From Octopus sinensis (lineage: Eukaryota), in the NCBI RefSeq assembly GCF_006345805.1, contig NC_043005.1, positions 17,484,001-17,548,000 on the forward strand: a stretch of DNA of 64,000 bases, in the 5' to 3' direction. The position numbers and the translations under genes are program-made. This document shows positions 1 through 12,955 of the stretch, one piece after another (position 1 is the stretch's first letter; the number at the start of each line of letters is the position of its first letter). A model generated the notes under the pieces. The model made no database searches, was not told the DNA's origin, and was given only the letters and a program-made list of their open reading frames with translations.

Positions 1-689
1 ACTTCAAGCTAAAACTTATATTCTTTAATATCATTTTTACTATTGTTGTTATTACTATCATTTTTATTATAAATGATATGACAATTTGAAATGCAATTGT
101 CTATGCAGATTTATATTATTAGAAAATAATATAAATAAAGTGTTAAAATCTGAAAGTTAAGTTAACAAGCAATTATATAAAAAAGATAATGCAAATGAAG
201 CTAAAATGATAGTTTTATAATTTGGGTTTTATTGAAGAACTCAAAGAGTTGTCTCCCCTTACCCACAACACAGGAACTGAAGAACCAGGACCACAATTAC
301 TACTACTACTTCCTGTCCTGCAACATGCTGAATTTAACAACACAACACATCACATGCTCTTAATCCCTTGGATCTTAACACCTCAAGGTAATTTTTTGGT
401 AAACAACCATAAAACTCAAGATACACAACGAACTCACAATGTATCGGAGAACTTATTTTTTAAATTTTGTACATTTTTATCATTATTCTTTTACAAAAAA
501 CAATGCAATTTCTTTTTTCCATTTCTAATTTTTAAAATAACTTCTTAAAACATAAATATTCTTGACAAGTCATACAATGACGAAAACCGGTTGAATAAAT
601 ATATATTTATATATTTTATCATTTTCTCATTTTATTAAAATTTTCTTTCATTTGAGCATTCTGTTTTTTTTAAAAAATTTTTCCTTACT
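1..689 (+). repeat. 5' pseudo-LTR of the PLE (truncated by window edge)
   Basis: Matches 4547-5236, differing almost only by 1-bp homopolymer indels. Confidence 0.93.
557..597 (+). ncRNA. Candidate minimal hammerhead ribozyme, U3-A8 core variant (5' pLTR)
   Basis: TATTC-TTGACAA-GTCAT(aca)ATGAC-GAAA-ACCGG-TT-GAATA: stem I, variant core, 5-bp stem II, GAAA, palindromic stem III region. Confidence 0.6.
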
Positions 690-765
690 TATCATTTCTC
701 CACGTGCGGTCAACACAACCCCACCATTTATTGATCTGTACCCTCTACCACACGTGTGATTCAGA

Positions 766-2198
766 ATGCCTCCGAAAAACAAGAGCACTCTTACAGAGAC
801 AGTCACCAATAAGACCATTCTAAAAGAACTCAAAGTACTCAATACACATCTACTTACATTCTCCAAAAAAATTGACGAACTTCTCCTTCAATCCCGGGAC
901 AACTCAGAAAACAACCATCATCAACAACTTTCGGATAAAATTGATGTAAACCTAAATGAAATCAACACTACACTGAAAACTCTACTTACCAATTCAACGC
1001 CGAAGAGACCTCAGACACCACTCAACACACAGAAGGAACACATTTCAACCCCAGCACAACGCATTAAAAACCAGATCATCACTACTTGGACTAAGAAACT
1101 ACACAACAGAAAACTTCTCTTCTGGAACATGCTCAAAAACCAAAACAAAGCTGAAATTTACGACAAATGGTTAAACTCCTCCCCTATCATACCCCCGAAA
1201 ATTCCAAATCAAACACATCCCAGACGAACCTGAAAAACAACGCTCCCTAAGAGAAAAACTAACATTGGCAAAAATGAAAACCGAAGTAGAACTTCTAAAA
1301 CTCAGAGCACAAAACCACGAACAAAAATACACAAAAATAGACGATGAGATACTTCTAGAACTAACCTCACACACCAACGAACAGCCCCTCGAACTTGTTA
1401 TTAAACTATGGAAAGATGAATGTGAAAAGGAAGAACGAACCTCCCTCAAACGCTGGGAAAACAACAAAGATTTCTTCCTCAACTATGAAACACAATTCAT
1501 ATTAAACCATAAATCCAAAAACCCATTCATAAAAGTACCCACAACACAGACTTCCACTGTACCCCATAAACACCATTCCAAACCGCACCTCAAATACACA
1601 TACTCTCCAAACCCCCTCCTAACAGGACACAACCTCCCCCAACCATATAAAAAACCTTTTCCCCCGAAACATCTCAAACAAGACCCACCACAAAACCTGG
1701 TTTTCCAATCACTCTAACACCCCTCCCCCACCGATTAGAACCTTCAAGAACCTCCCATACACTAGAAATTATCCCCCCCTCAAGGCTCCCCTCCTTCACA
1801 CTAATAACAAACAAGGCATCCTACCCACACCGATACATATAAGACCCACCCAACGAACCCCCTATAGTCCACCCATCCAACAACCACATTCCTACCACAT
1901 CTCCTACAGATCTCCAAACCCTCACATCCCACACGAACCCAATCACCACAACTACATACCCCCCTACATCCCCCCATACAATCTACCAGTCACACACCCA
2001 CAAACCCATCGCATTTCTCACAAATCCTTACACCATCGCATCCCATACCAACACAAATACGACAACTACCTACCCCCCTCCAACCTCCCCACCCAAAAAC
2101 ACTCCTACACATACAACCAGAACTTTAACAAAGAATACACCCCTTACCTCAACAACCATTTTTTAGACAGAGGGGAAAAATACAAACACCACCGCTAA
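766..2198 (+). CDS. PLE ORF1-like protein (N-terminal coiled-coil-like, C-terminal Pro/His/Tyr-rich); two +1 indels, probably in C-runs (~1195 and ~1665)
   Basis: ATG at 766. Pieces 766-~1195, ~1196-~1665 and 1623-2198 join into one stop-free reading ending ...YLNNHFLDRGEKYKHHR*. Confidence 0.65.
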
Positions 2199-4473
2199 CA
2201 CAGACCCAAAATAAGAAAACAAAAATTATAAATCTCTCCAGCAAAACACTGACACCAACCCAAATCAACATCCTAGCAAGAGGTTTGAAATTCACACCCA
2301 CCCCAAGAACACCCAACCCCCGGAGGTCAAGGATGACGTTTCTGAATTCTGCAGAAAACTTCGCCTAACAGAAGCTTTGACAGATATCAACAATGGGGAC
2401 GATTCATTGATCAGAAATAAAAGCAACTCCTACCACCAAAAGGGAGAAATAAAACACTGGACGATTTCTGTAAACACATCCAGAGTCTCCCCTTTACCCC
2501 AAGCAAAACCAAGGTAAAATCCAATTTCAGTAAGGAAGAATGGGAAAACCTACGTGACATACAACTGGATAAAAACCTCACCATCAAAGAAGCGGACAAG
2601 GGGAGTGCTGTGGTCCTTATGGACACGGAATTTTATAAACACCTAGTGTTCTCCATGCTTAACAATAACATTTTCTATGAGGTTATTAACAACTACAAAC
2701 AGCAAAAAACAATCAGAAACCTCACCACACTCATACGCCAACACGGTCAGGGACTCACAGAAAAAGAAAGGGATTATATCACCATTTTCAAATGCAAGCC
2801 CAGCCTTTTTTATGGCCTTCCTAAAATCCATAAAAACAAATACATCACCGAAGCCTGCAAACTCTCCACTGACATCCACATCAACATCAAAGCACCGGAG
2901 GACCTAAAACTAAGGCCCATCGTGGCTGGTACCTCCTGTGAAACACACCGCCTGAGTAACTTCCTAGACATCCTTTTGAAACCTTTCCTTACCCACATCA
3001 AAAGTTTCATTAGGGATGATCTGGACATGCTCAAACACCTCCCGAAAACAGTTAACGAGGAGGCACTCCTGGTATCCTTTGATGTCATCAACCTCTACAC
3101 CAACATTCCACACGAGTATGGTATAGAGGCAATTGACTTCTGGCTAGAAAAACACCCAGAGACATTCCCTGACCGCATTAACAAGTCTTTTATTACAGAA
3201 TCTCTTAAGTTCATTCTGACAAACAATTTTTTTCTCTTCGACGACACACACTACCGTCAAAAATGTGGCATTGCGATGGGTACCAAGGCTGCACCAGTCC
3301 TTGCGAACCTCATAATGGGTTACTTCGAACTGTCACTCTATGAAATATCAAGCCAGAAATTTGGACATGTTTTCCACACCTACCTAATGGAAAACTGGAA
3401 AAGGTATTTAGATGATTGTTTCATCATATGGAAAGAACCTTATGAAAAACTCCTGGAATTCAAAACCATACTAAACAACATACATCCCAACATCCAATTC
3501 ACTATGGAATTAAGCAAACATCATCTCCCATTCCTTGATCTCCTAATTATAAAAACACCTAAGAACCAAATCATAACAGACATCTACCACAAACCTACAG
3601 ACTCACAACAATACCTCCTCTTTAGTTCATGCCACCCAAAACACACCAAGACAAATATCCCTTTCAATTTAGCTAAAAGGTATGCACCATTGTCTCGGAT
3701 CCAAAAACACGAGAAATACGCCTTCAAGACCTCAAAAAAACACTATTACAACGTCAATATCCCTCCACCCTTATAGAGTATGGAATAAAACGCGCCAAAG
3801 AACTAGACAACACTACACTGAAAACCACCCAACCTAACACCACACACAACCTCAAAATACTTCCATACATTTCCACCCACAACCCCAAAAATATCGAAGC
3901 ATACACCACAATCATACAAAACCTCAGTCTACTGTCAACAGACCCAAAAATGAAAAACATTATAAATACACACAAAATCCTCAAATGCAAAAGGCAACAC
4001 AAATCTTTAAAAAAACTCTTGACAAATGCCAAACTTCACACACCACATCCACCCCCAACAGTAAAAAAATGTGCACGCTCAAACTGTGGTACCTGCCCCT
4101 TTCTACTTGAAGGCTCTGAATTTACCTTCAAACAAGGTACGAAGTTTAAAATCAAGACTAACTTCTCCTGTTCCTCCGAGAACCTTATCTACGTTCTCAC
4201 ATGCGCTGGTTGCCAACATAATTATGTTGGACAAACGAGTCTCCCGTTACGTAAACGAGTAACGGTGCATAAAGAACAAATAAACCTCCGGAATACCGAC
4301 AAATTCCACTGAGTGACCACTTAGACTCATGTGCTAAAGACTTAAACCCCAAATTCTATATATTCCCCTTCTACCAATGTAAAGACGGGATCACCACACA
4401 GGAGAGAATTAACAAGGAGAATCTCTTTATTGAAAAATTCCAAACACAACTTAATATGCAAACTCCTCGTTGA
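2165..4473 (+). CDS. PLE reverse transcriptase-GIY-YIG endonuclease ORF (ORF2), with 1-bp frameshifts at ~2320, ~2430, ~3680 and ~4285
   Basis: Track ORF 2610-3776 is the RT core (YLDD) and ORF 3950-4312 is the Cys linker plus GIY-YIG. Flanking frames supply INLSS/GLKF, DKG and the C-terminal ERINKENLFIEKFQTQLN, with TGA at 4471-4473. No in-frame nonsense codons seen. Confidence 0.9.
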
Positions 4474-4546
4474 TCAAACTTCCTTTCTCTACCTCACTCT
4501 TCATGGATGGACTAACACAAATATATAAAGATACCATGCATTCATC

Positions 4547-5235
4547 ACTTCAAGCTAAAACTTATATTCTTTAAATATCATTTTTACTATTGTTGTTATT
4601 ACTATCATTTTTATTATAAATGATATGACAATTTGAAATGCAATTGTCTATGCAGATTTATATTATTAGAAAATAATATAAATAAAGTGTTAAAATCTGA
4701 AAGTTAAGTTAACAAGCAATTATATAAAAAAGATAATGCAAATGAAGCTAAAATGATAGTTTTATAATTTGGGTTTTATTGAAGAACTCAAAAGAGTTGT
4801 CTCCCCTTACCCACAACACAGGAACTGAAGAACCAGGACCACAATTACTACTACTTCCTGTCCTGCAACATGCTGAATTTAACAACACAACACATCACAT
4901 GCTCTTAATCCCTTTGGATCTTAACACCTCAAGGTAATTTTTTGGTAACAACCATAAAACTCAAGATACACAACGAACTCACAATGTATCGGAGAACTTA
5001 TTTTTTAATTTTTGTACATTTTTATCATTATTCTTTTACAAAAAACAATGCAATTTTCTTTTTTCCCATTTCTAATTTTTAAAATAACTTCTTAAAACAT
5101 AAATATTCTTGACAAGTCATACAATGACGAAAACCGGTTGAATAAATATATATTTATATATTTTATCATTTTCTCATTTTATTAAAATTTTCTTTCATTT
5201 GAGCATTCTGTTTTTTTTAAAAAATTTTTCCTTAC

Positions 5236-5236
<1 letters not shown>
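4547..5236 (+). repeat. 3' pseudo-LTR of the PLE, abutting (TA)n
   Basis: Direct repeat of 1-689, followed immediately by a TA microsatellite. Confidence 0.93.
5104..5144 (+). ncRNA. Candidate hammerhead ribozyme, U3-A8 variant (3' pLTR copy)
   Basis: Identical to 557-597. Confidence 0.6.
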
Positions 5237-5266
<30 letters not shown>

Positions 5267-5597
5267 GTATATGAAAAAAATACAAACTGGGACAAGAACG
5301 CCAAAACATTTAGAAGACGATACAAAAAACACGGACGAGACATTCGAAGCTTCAATCTTAGTCAAGACCGGATCATCCTCGCAATTTCGGCTGAGAATCT
5401 TGAATATATATATAATAAATATTAGGGAATAAATCCAAATTTACAAGGAAAAATCAGATTTAAGATTGAATCCAATTTTATAGTAAAATATTATATTATA
5501 TCAAATTAGAGACAAAACCACTATTATGCAAATCAAACAAAGAAAGACTTAAGCCAATACATAAAATAATTTATATGAATTAAAATTTAACATGAAT

Positions 5598-5649
5598 AAC
5601 CACTACGATCGTTTCGTGTCAGCACATCTTAGACATTCTTCAGGTGGTT
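5598..5649 (-). ncRNA. Minimal hammerhead ribozyme (type I)
   Basis: Reverse complement AACCAC-CTGAAGA-ATGTC..GACAC-GAAA-CGATCG-TA-GTGGTT: 6-bp stem I, canonical core, palindromic stem III, GUA site. Confidence 0.8.
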
Positions 5650-7928
5650 TCAAAACCTAAAATATAAAATATAAAATATAATATAATCAATATTTTTACG
5701 ATATAAATATCTATATAATCTAAATAAAAATTTACTTATAATAAACTCTATTATTAAATATGATTATATCGAAATCGACTATAATGTTAAATATTAACTT
5801 TAATTTATAAGGTAGAAAATCCATATGCTAATATCCATTTTAGTCTATATCTACTTATATAGATATTTGAAATAACTAATATATATAAATTATCAATGAA
5901 AATATATATAAATATTATAATCAAGATCTAAAATAAACTCTATAAACGATTGTATATAATGAAAACCTAATATATTTAATTTCTCATATTAAAGATGAAA
6001 TAGCTAATTTCAAAAAACAAAAAATATATATATACACACATGCTCTTGCACATATATACATGTATGTATATAAACACATCCAAATACGCACACACACATA
6101 TACATCTACACACACACATAAACATATAGACACAGATATATCCATAATGCAGCCCTACACCTCCACACATCACCTATGCATACTCACACACACACACATA
6201 CAATCACTCATTCATAAACATATACTCTCAACAGGACACTAACACAGAGGAGAAATAACATCCAGTGGCCGCAGATACTCAACCACATACTTAAAGAAAT
6301 ATTTCATTCTTAGTAAAATAGTATTAAATACTATATACTATATATATGTAATAAACATATATAAATACGTAAACAAACACACACACACATATATATCTAT
6401 ACATACACAAATTTATTAAAATAGTATTAAATACTATATACTATATGTATGTAATAAACATATATAAACACGTAAACAAACATACACACACACACATATC
6501 TATACATACAGAAACACATACAGGCACGGATATATTCTAAATGCAACCCTACACCTCTACACATCAATTATGCACACCCGCACACACACACATACCAATC
6601 ACTCATACATAAACGTATAACACTGCAATACACTAACACATAGAAGAAATAACATCAATAGCCACATATACACAACCACAAACTTATAAGAATATTCCTT
6701 ACTCAGTAATATAGTATTAAAAAATACTATAAGTACTAATCAAATTATGAATGGGAAAAAAAAATTATCTAATATAAATTATGCTATTATATTAGACATG
6801 GCCTAAACCATCTAAGTCGAAACCTAACTATTTATCAAAATTTATCTAAATTATTTAATAACTAATAACATAGAAAATTGCGATTAATAGATCATTTTTG
6901 ATACTTTTTTCTGGTATATTTTGACGGTTCATGATGCAAATGAAAGTTAAAATTTTGGCCTTTAACACAATGCCATTTTTACCCATGTCAACCAAACGAT
7001 GCAAACAGAAAAAAATTCAATTTAAAAATAGGGCAAAAATGTACTCTTTTTAATAGTTGAAAAATTTAAACCCCCTTTCCAAAACCCCCTAAATTTTTAC
7101 ACCCACAATTAAAGATAACCGCCTCTAGCCCCTGCAGCAACACGAAAAGCCACCACTATTCAAACAGCGCAACCTGTCTATCCCATAAAACTAAAGTTTT
7201 CCCATATTCCTCACCATGGCAACCAAACGGTAGCCCCGAGCGACTTGCAACCCTCCTCACACCATTGTCCACCCCATTTTACCACCCACTCCCCGTGTAA
7301 ATTTTGGCGTAAATCCGATCCCATCTACCGTCCCTTAAACTGTTCCCATCCCAAAATGAGACAAACAACCAAGAAATCAAACAACTTTTTCGCATTTCAG
7401 TTTTATAGATATTGATTATATATATACACACATATATAGATGTATACACATTATATATATATTTATATACACACACATATATATAAATTAACACAATATA
7501 TCTCATTAATAATATCTGTTATGATTGTGCGGTGATGGTGGGCGATAATAATTCACCGTTCTAAAAGTCCCGTGGCGGGAATATTTAAACTTTTGCGGCT
7601 GTCAACGCTTTCTCTCTATAGATACAGACAGGTGTACAGTGAGAGAGGTGGTGGGAGAAAGAGTGACAGAGAGACGGCGGAGGTAGAGAGGGAATGAGAT
7701 TGGAAGGTGTCAAACGTCGTTATGGAGAGAACGTGAAGAGAAGGAAGGAAATAGAGATCGAGGAAGACAGGATGATATACGAAAGTGAGAAACGACAAAC
7801 ACTTGTCAAAGTTTGGGTTTTGTTGCCCTAGTAACCACAGCTTTTGAGAGAGAGGGTTTATAACCTAGTCCAGTCGCTTCCTCACCTCTTTTTACATGTC
7901 CCTGTAAATTTTGGCGCTAATCCGACCT

Positions 7929-8155
7929 AATCGTTTTAGGTGTGGTGAGTAACGAACGACATATAGTATCACTTCACATGTTTCTACAGTCTCTTGGAAT
8001 TAATGCTATTGGATACGTTGAGGTGCGGGAGACTGTTGCTAAGCCGTGGATGGATGAAGTACGTTGTAGAAGACCATATGTATTTCAACAAGACTCAACA
8101 CTTTCTCATAAAGTAACCCAAGAATGAATGTCAGGCAATCTTTACTATCGTGTAA
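7929..8155 (+). pseudogene. Fragment of decayed Tc1/mariner transposase, near-identical to 17185-17411
   Basis: VLGVVSNE..RPYVFQQDS reading, with the same W-to-TGA lesion as the donor. Confidence 0.85.
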
Positions 8156-8309
8156 ACCGTTCCCATCCCAAAATGAGACAAACAACTTTTTCGCATTTCA
8201 GCTTTATAGATATTGATACATGCGTTACAAATACACACACACACGTACACACACACACGTACACACACACACGTACACACACAAATACACGCATAAACAT
8301 GCACACACA

Positions 8310-8372
<63 letters not shown>

Positions 8373-8374
<2 letters not shown>

Positions 8375-8545
8375 CGACGGGCTTCTTTCAGTTTCCGTCA
8401 ACAGTTTCCATCAACCAAATCCATTCACAAGGCTTTGGTCGGCCCGAAGCTATAGTAGAAGACACTTGCCCAAGGTGCCGCGCAGTGGGATTGAACCCGG
8501 AACCATGTGACAGGGAAGCAAGCTTCTTACCACACAACCACTCCT
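8373..8545 (-). mobile_element. SINE family A, 5' tRNA-like head
   Basis: Matches the heads of the copies at 36212 and 57610 (A box TGGYTGTGTGG, B box GGTTCARTCC). Confidence 0.85.
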
Positions 8546-8689
8546 AGTATGTAATAGTATGACAACAAAAGAATGAATGAGACCTCGATATTATATAGAT
8601 AGAGGAATTTATCTGTAATATATTCGGTTGCCATAACCGCTCTTTTGTTTGTCTTAATAACGTTCATTTAAGTAATTTCCCTTTGTTTA

Positions 8690-8990
8690 ACGGTCATTTT
8701 CATAGCATTTTTGTTTGTCTTCATAACTGACGAAATGCCGGAGCAGATTTCCGCCCCCACATCCGTTCAGGTTTATACCTGTAATTATTGGGGCCCTGTT
8801 ATATTTAACACACTGCCTAAATACCAATCTTGAGAAACTAGGCTTCTCAAAACCAGAAAAGAGAAAGCTGATTCGATGACTACAGATCCAATCCATCACT
8901 GGAACTGTAAAAATCTGTAAAACTTTCCAGAAGTTATTCACTTAAATATATATGAGCATGTCTCGATATATATTTAAATGAATGAGAATA
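8690..8990 (+). mobile_element. 3' end of R4/Dong-like (RLE) non-LTR element
   Basis: Translates FIPVIIGAL..LEKLGFSKPEKRKLIR*LQIQSITGTVKICKTF. A second copy lies at 34985-35190 (-). Confidence 0.6.
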
Positions 8991-9109
8991 CATACAAAAA
9001 CATACAGACAGACAAACAGACAGACAAAAATACCAATGAAGGAGCCTTGGATCTAGATTAGAAACCGGTTCTTTCCCTATTGGCAAGAAATCTTGATATA
9101 AACTGAATA

Positions 9110-9322
9110 ATCCTTTCTACTATAATCACAAAGCCTGAAATTTGCGGGGAGTGGGTAAGTCGATTATATCGACCCCAGTGCGTAACTGGTACTTATTTTA
9201 TCGACCCGAAAGGATGACGGGCAAAGTTGACCTCGGCGGAATTTGAACTCAAAACGTAGCGGCATACGAAATACCGCTAAGCATTTCGCCCGGCGTGATA
9301 ACGATTCTACCAGCTCACCGCC
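9110..9322 (-). mobile_element. SINE family B (Nin-domain-like)
   Basis: Reverse complement carries a tRNA-like head and a close variant of the core TTTGCCTTTCATCCTTTCGGGGTCGATAAA..AGTACC shared by about ten copies in the window. Confidence 0.8.
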
Positions 9323-9340
9323 CTCAATAAACTGAATAAT

Positions 9341-9736
9341 GACATACATACAGACAGACAGACAGACAGACAGACATGCATGCATGCATGCATGCATACA
9401 TACATACATACATACATGCATGCATACATACATACATACATACATGCATACACACATACATACATACATGCATGCATACATACATACATACATACATACA
9501 TGCATGCATGCATGCATGCATACATACATACATACATACATACATACATACATACATACATACATACATACATACACGCATGCATACATACATACATACA
9601 CGCATGCATACATACATGCATGCATACATACATACATACATACATACATACACGCATGCATACATACATACATACATGCATACATATAAACATACATACA
9701 TACATACATACATACATGCATGCATGCATACATACA

Positions 9737-9768
<32 letters not shown>

Positions 9769-9815
9769 ACATACATACATACATACATACATACATGCAT
9801 GCATGCATACATACA

Positions 9816-9847
<32 letters not shown>

Positions 9848-10428
9848 AACATACATACATACATACATACATACATACATACATACATACATACATACAT
9901 ACATACATACACACACATATACATTTATATCTAATTACGTGAGTCAGTTAACATCTATAGTTATGTGTCCGTACCTGAAGCACGTGTCTTGTGTAAAAGC
10001 GCGTGTGTGTGTGTTCGCGCGCGCGCGCCTGTGTGTCTCTGTGTATGTATGTGTACATGTGTGCCTGTGTGTGTGGGTGTATGTGTGAGTGTGTGCCTAT
10101 ATTTGTATGTGTGAGTACCTGTGAGTGTGTGTGCGTGTGTGCCTGTATTTGTGAGATTGTGTGTGCCTGTGTATGTGAGTGTACGTGTGTGAGTGTGCAA
10201 GTGTGTGTGTGTGCATGTGTGTGTGTTTGTGCGCCTCTGTGCGTGTGTGTGCATGTGTGTGTGTGTTTGTGCGCCTCTGTGCGTGTGTGGTGTGTATGTG
10301 TATGTGTGTGTGTGTGTGTGTGTGTTTGTGTGCCTCTGTATGAGTGTGGTGTGTATGTGTATGTGTGTATGTGTTTGTGTGCCTCTGTGTGTGTGTGCCT
10401 CTGTGCGTGTGTGTGTGTGTGTGTGTGT
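9341..10428. repeat. (CATA)n/(CATG)n and (TG)n microsatellite block
   Basis: Directly visible. Source of the MYVC/HTYI ORFs. Confidence 0.97.
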
Positions 10429-10919
10429 AAGTGTGAACCGGAAGAGGAGTGAGGACGTGTTTGCGTGTGGTTGGCATTTTATTAAGTAACTTGATACCCT
10501 GCTATCACCGGGTTCATCCTTCTGTCGTCACCGTCTCGGATCAGCACTCACATAATGACCTCGACATCAAATGCAGCTTAATCGATTAACCTTCCGCTTG
10601 TTTCAACTTGGCACCGCCGTGGAAGAAAATAAGGTAAACCCGATCAGCTGTAAAGATAGCGGAACAAACCGGTTCGAGCCTATCCGAAGTTGGTGAAACA
10701 GTCCACCTGGACCTAATTTAGAAAATAATGATCAAGACACAGCTGTGGCTGTGTGATAAAACGTTTGCTATCCAGTTTTATGGTTCCGGGTTTAGTCGTA
10801 CTGCGTGGCACCTTGGGCAAGTGCCTTTTACACTTTTACTATAGCGTTGGGCCAAACAAAGTATTGTAAATGGATTTGGTAGACAGAAACTGAAAGAAGC
10901 CCGTCGTATATGTGTATAC

Positions 10920-10958
<39 letters not shown>

Positions 10959-11994
10959 CGCGTGTGCGTGTGTGTGTGTGTTTGTGTGAGATTGCTGCTT
11001 GACAGCTGGGGTTTGGTGTGGTTACATCCCCATTACTTAGCTGCTCGGTAAAAGCGACCGGTAGAATAAGTACAAGGCTTTACAAAAAAACTGTAATAAT
11101 AATAATAACAACAACAACAACAATAATAATAATCCTTTCTACTATAGGTGCAAGGCCTGAAACTTGGGGGGAGGGGCATAGTCGATTACATCGACCCCAG
11201 TTCTCAACTGGTACATAATTTATCGACCCCGAAAGGATGAAAGGCAAAGTCGACTTCGGCGGAATCTGTAAAACTTTCCAGATGTTTATCATTTATTGGG
11301 GTCGATTCGTTCGACTAAAATTCTTCAAGGCAGCACTCCAGCATGGCCACAGTGAAGCAAATAAAAGATTAAAAAAAATAAAAGAATTTAGTAACACAAT
11401 GTTATCAATGTTTGGAACTTAACATGGAATTTTGATGGAGGATTTTAACAAGAAATTTGTATGGGATATAAACCAGAGGCGGCCTCTGACGGATTAGTAA
11501 CAAAAGGTTTAAGACAGACGGTGGACTAACAACGAGTTTTACCTATATCAACCTAAATAAATTCAACGGTAAATGACCACGGCCCCTTCTGTGCAAACAC
11601 ACATGCTCACACCCTTGCACGCACGCACATACCCGCACAAATTCGTACTGCCACCACTACCACCACCAGGACCACAACCAGCGTCACTCTTCCCTCTGAG
11701 ACAAACAGAATAGGGGGATATCTGCTATAGAATTTATCAAGCAGCTCTCCTTTCGCTGCACAGCATCATATCGTGTATATTTCCACAACACCGGTACATC
11801 GTGTCATTTAATGAACACAACTATGCAATGAATACAGCTATTTAATGAACACAGCCGTGTAATACACACAGTTATTTCTTAAAATTTACTGGTGTATTAA
11901 ACAGTGTCTTGTTACGATGTTACACTACACTACAGAACATATCTACAGATTGTTTTTAGCCGAAATTATACGCAAAAACATATGTAAAACACCT

Positions 11995-12955
<961 letters not shown>

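Larger units (their letters stand above)
1..5236 (+). mobile_element. Penelope-like retroelement (EN+, Neptune-like Cys linker), near full length, with direct pseudo-LTRs
   Basis: Direct repeats 1-689 and 4547-5236 flank ORFs with PLE hallmarks: IINLSS..GLKFTPTP, FCRKLRL, IKEADKG, FYGLPKIHK, LRPIV, SFDVINLYTNIP, GIAMG, YLDDCF, CxxxxCxxC linker, LIYVLTC..YVGQT..RxxxH and KENLFI..LN. The left repeat probably continues before base 1. Confidence 0.95.

Noticed and set aside
222-548. 108-aa ORF in the pLTR and TTGAAGA/CTGAAGA motifs at ~232 and ~278
   Set aside because: The ORF is disrupted by indels in the second pLTR copy, and the motifs lack a downstream stem-GAAA arrangement.
1-689. LTR retrotransposon LTRs
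   Set aside because: No TG..CA end, PBS, protease or integrase. The RT and GIY-YIG are Penelope type.
3950-4473. Selenocysteine (UGA) recoding as in Naiad PLEs
   Set aside because: All linker and GIY-YIG cysteines are TGT/TGC. The TGA at 4310-4312 is out of frame because of a 1-bp indel.
9164-10489. Long ORFs (MYVC/HTYI/CVCV, up to 250 aa)
   Set aside because: Translations of (CATA)n and (TG)n microsatellites. The same applies to the YIYI and LSIY ORFs at ~12.2, 27, 35 and 44.7 kb.
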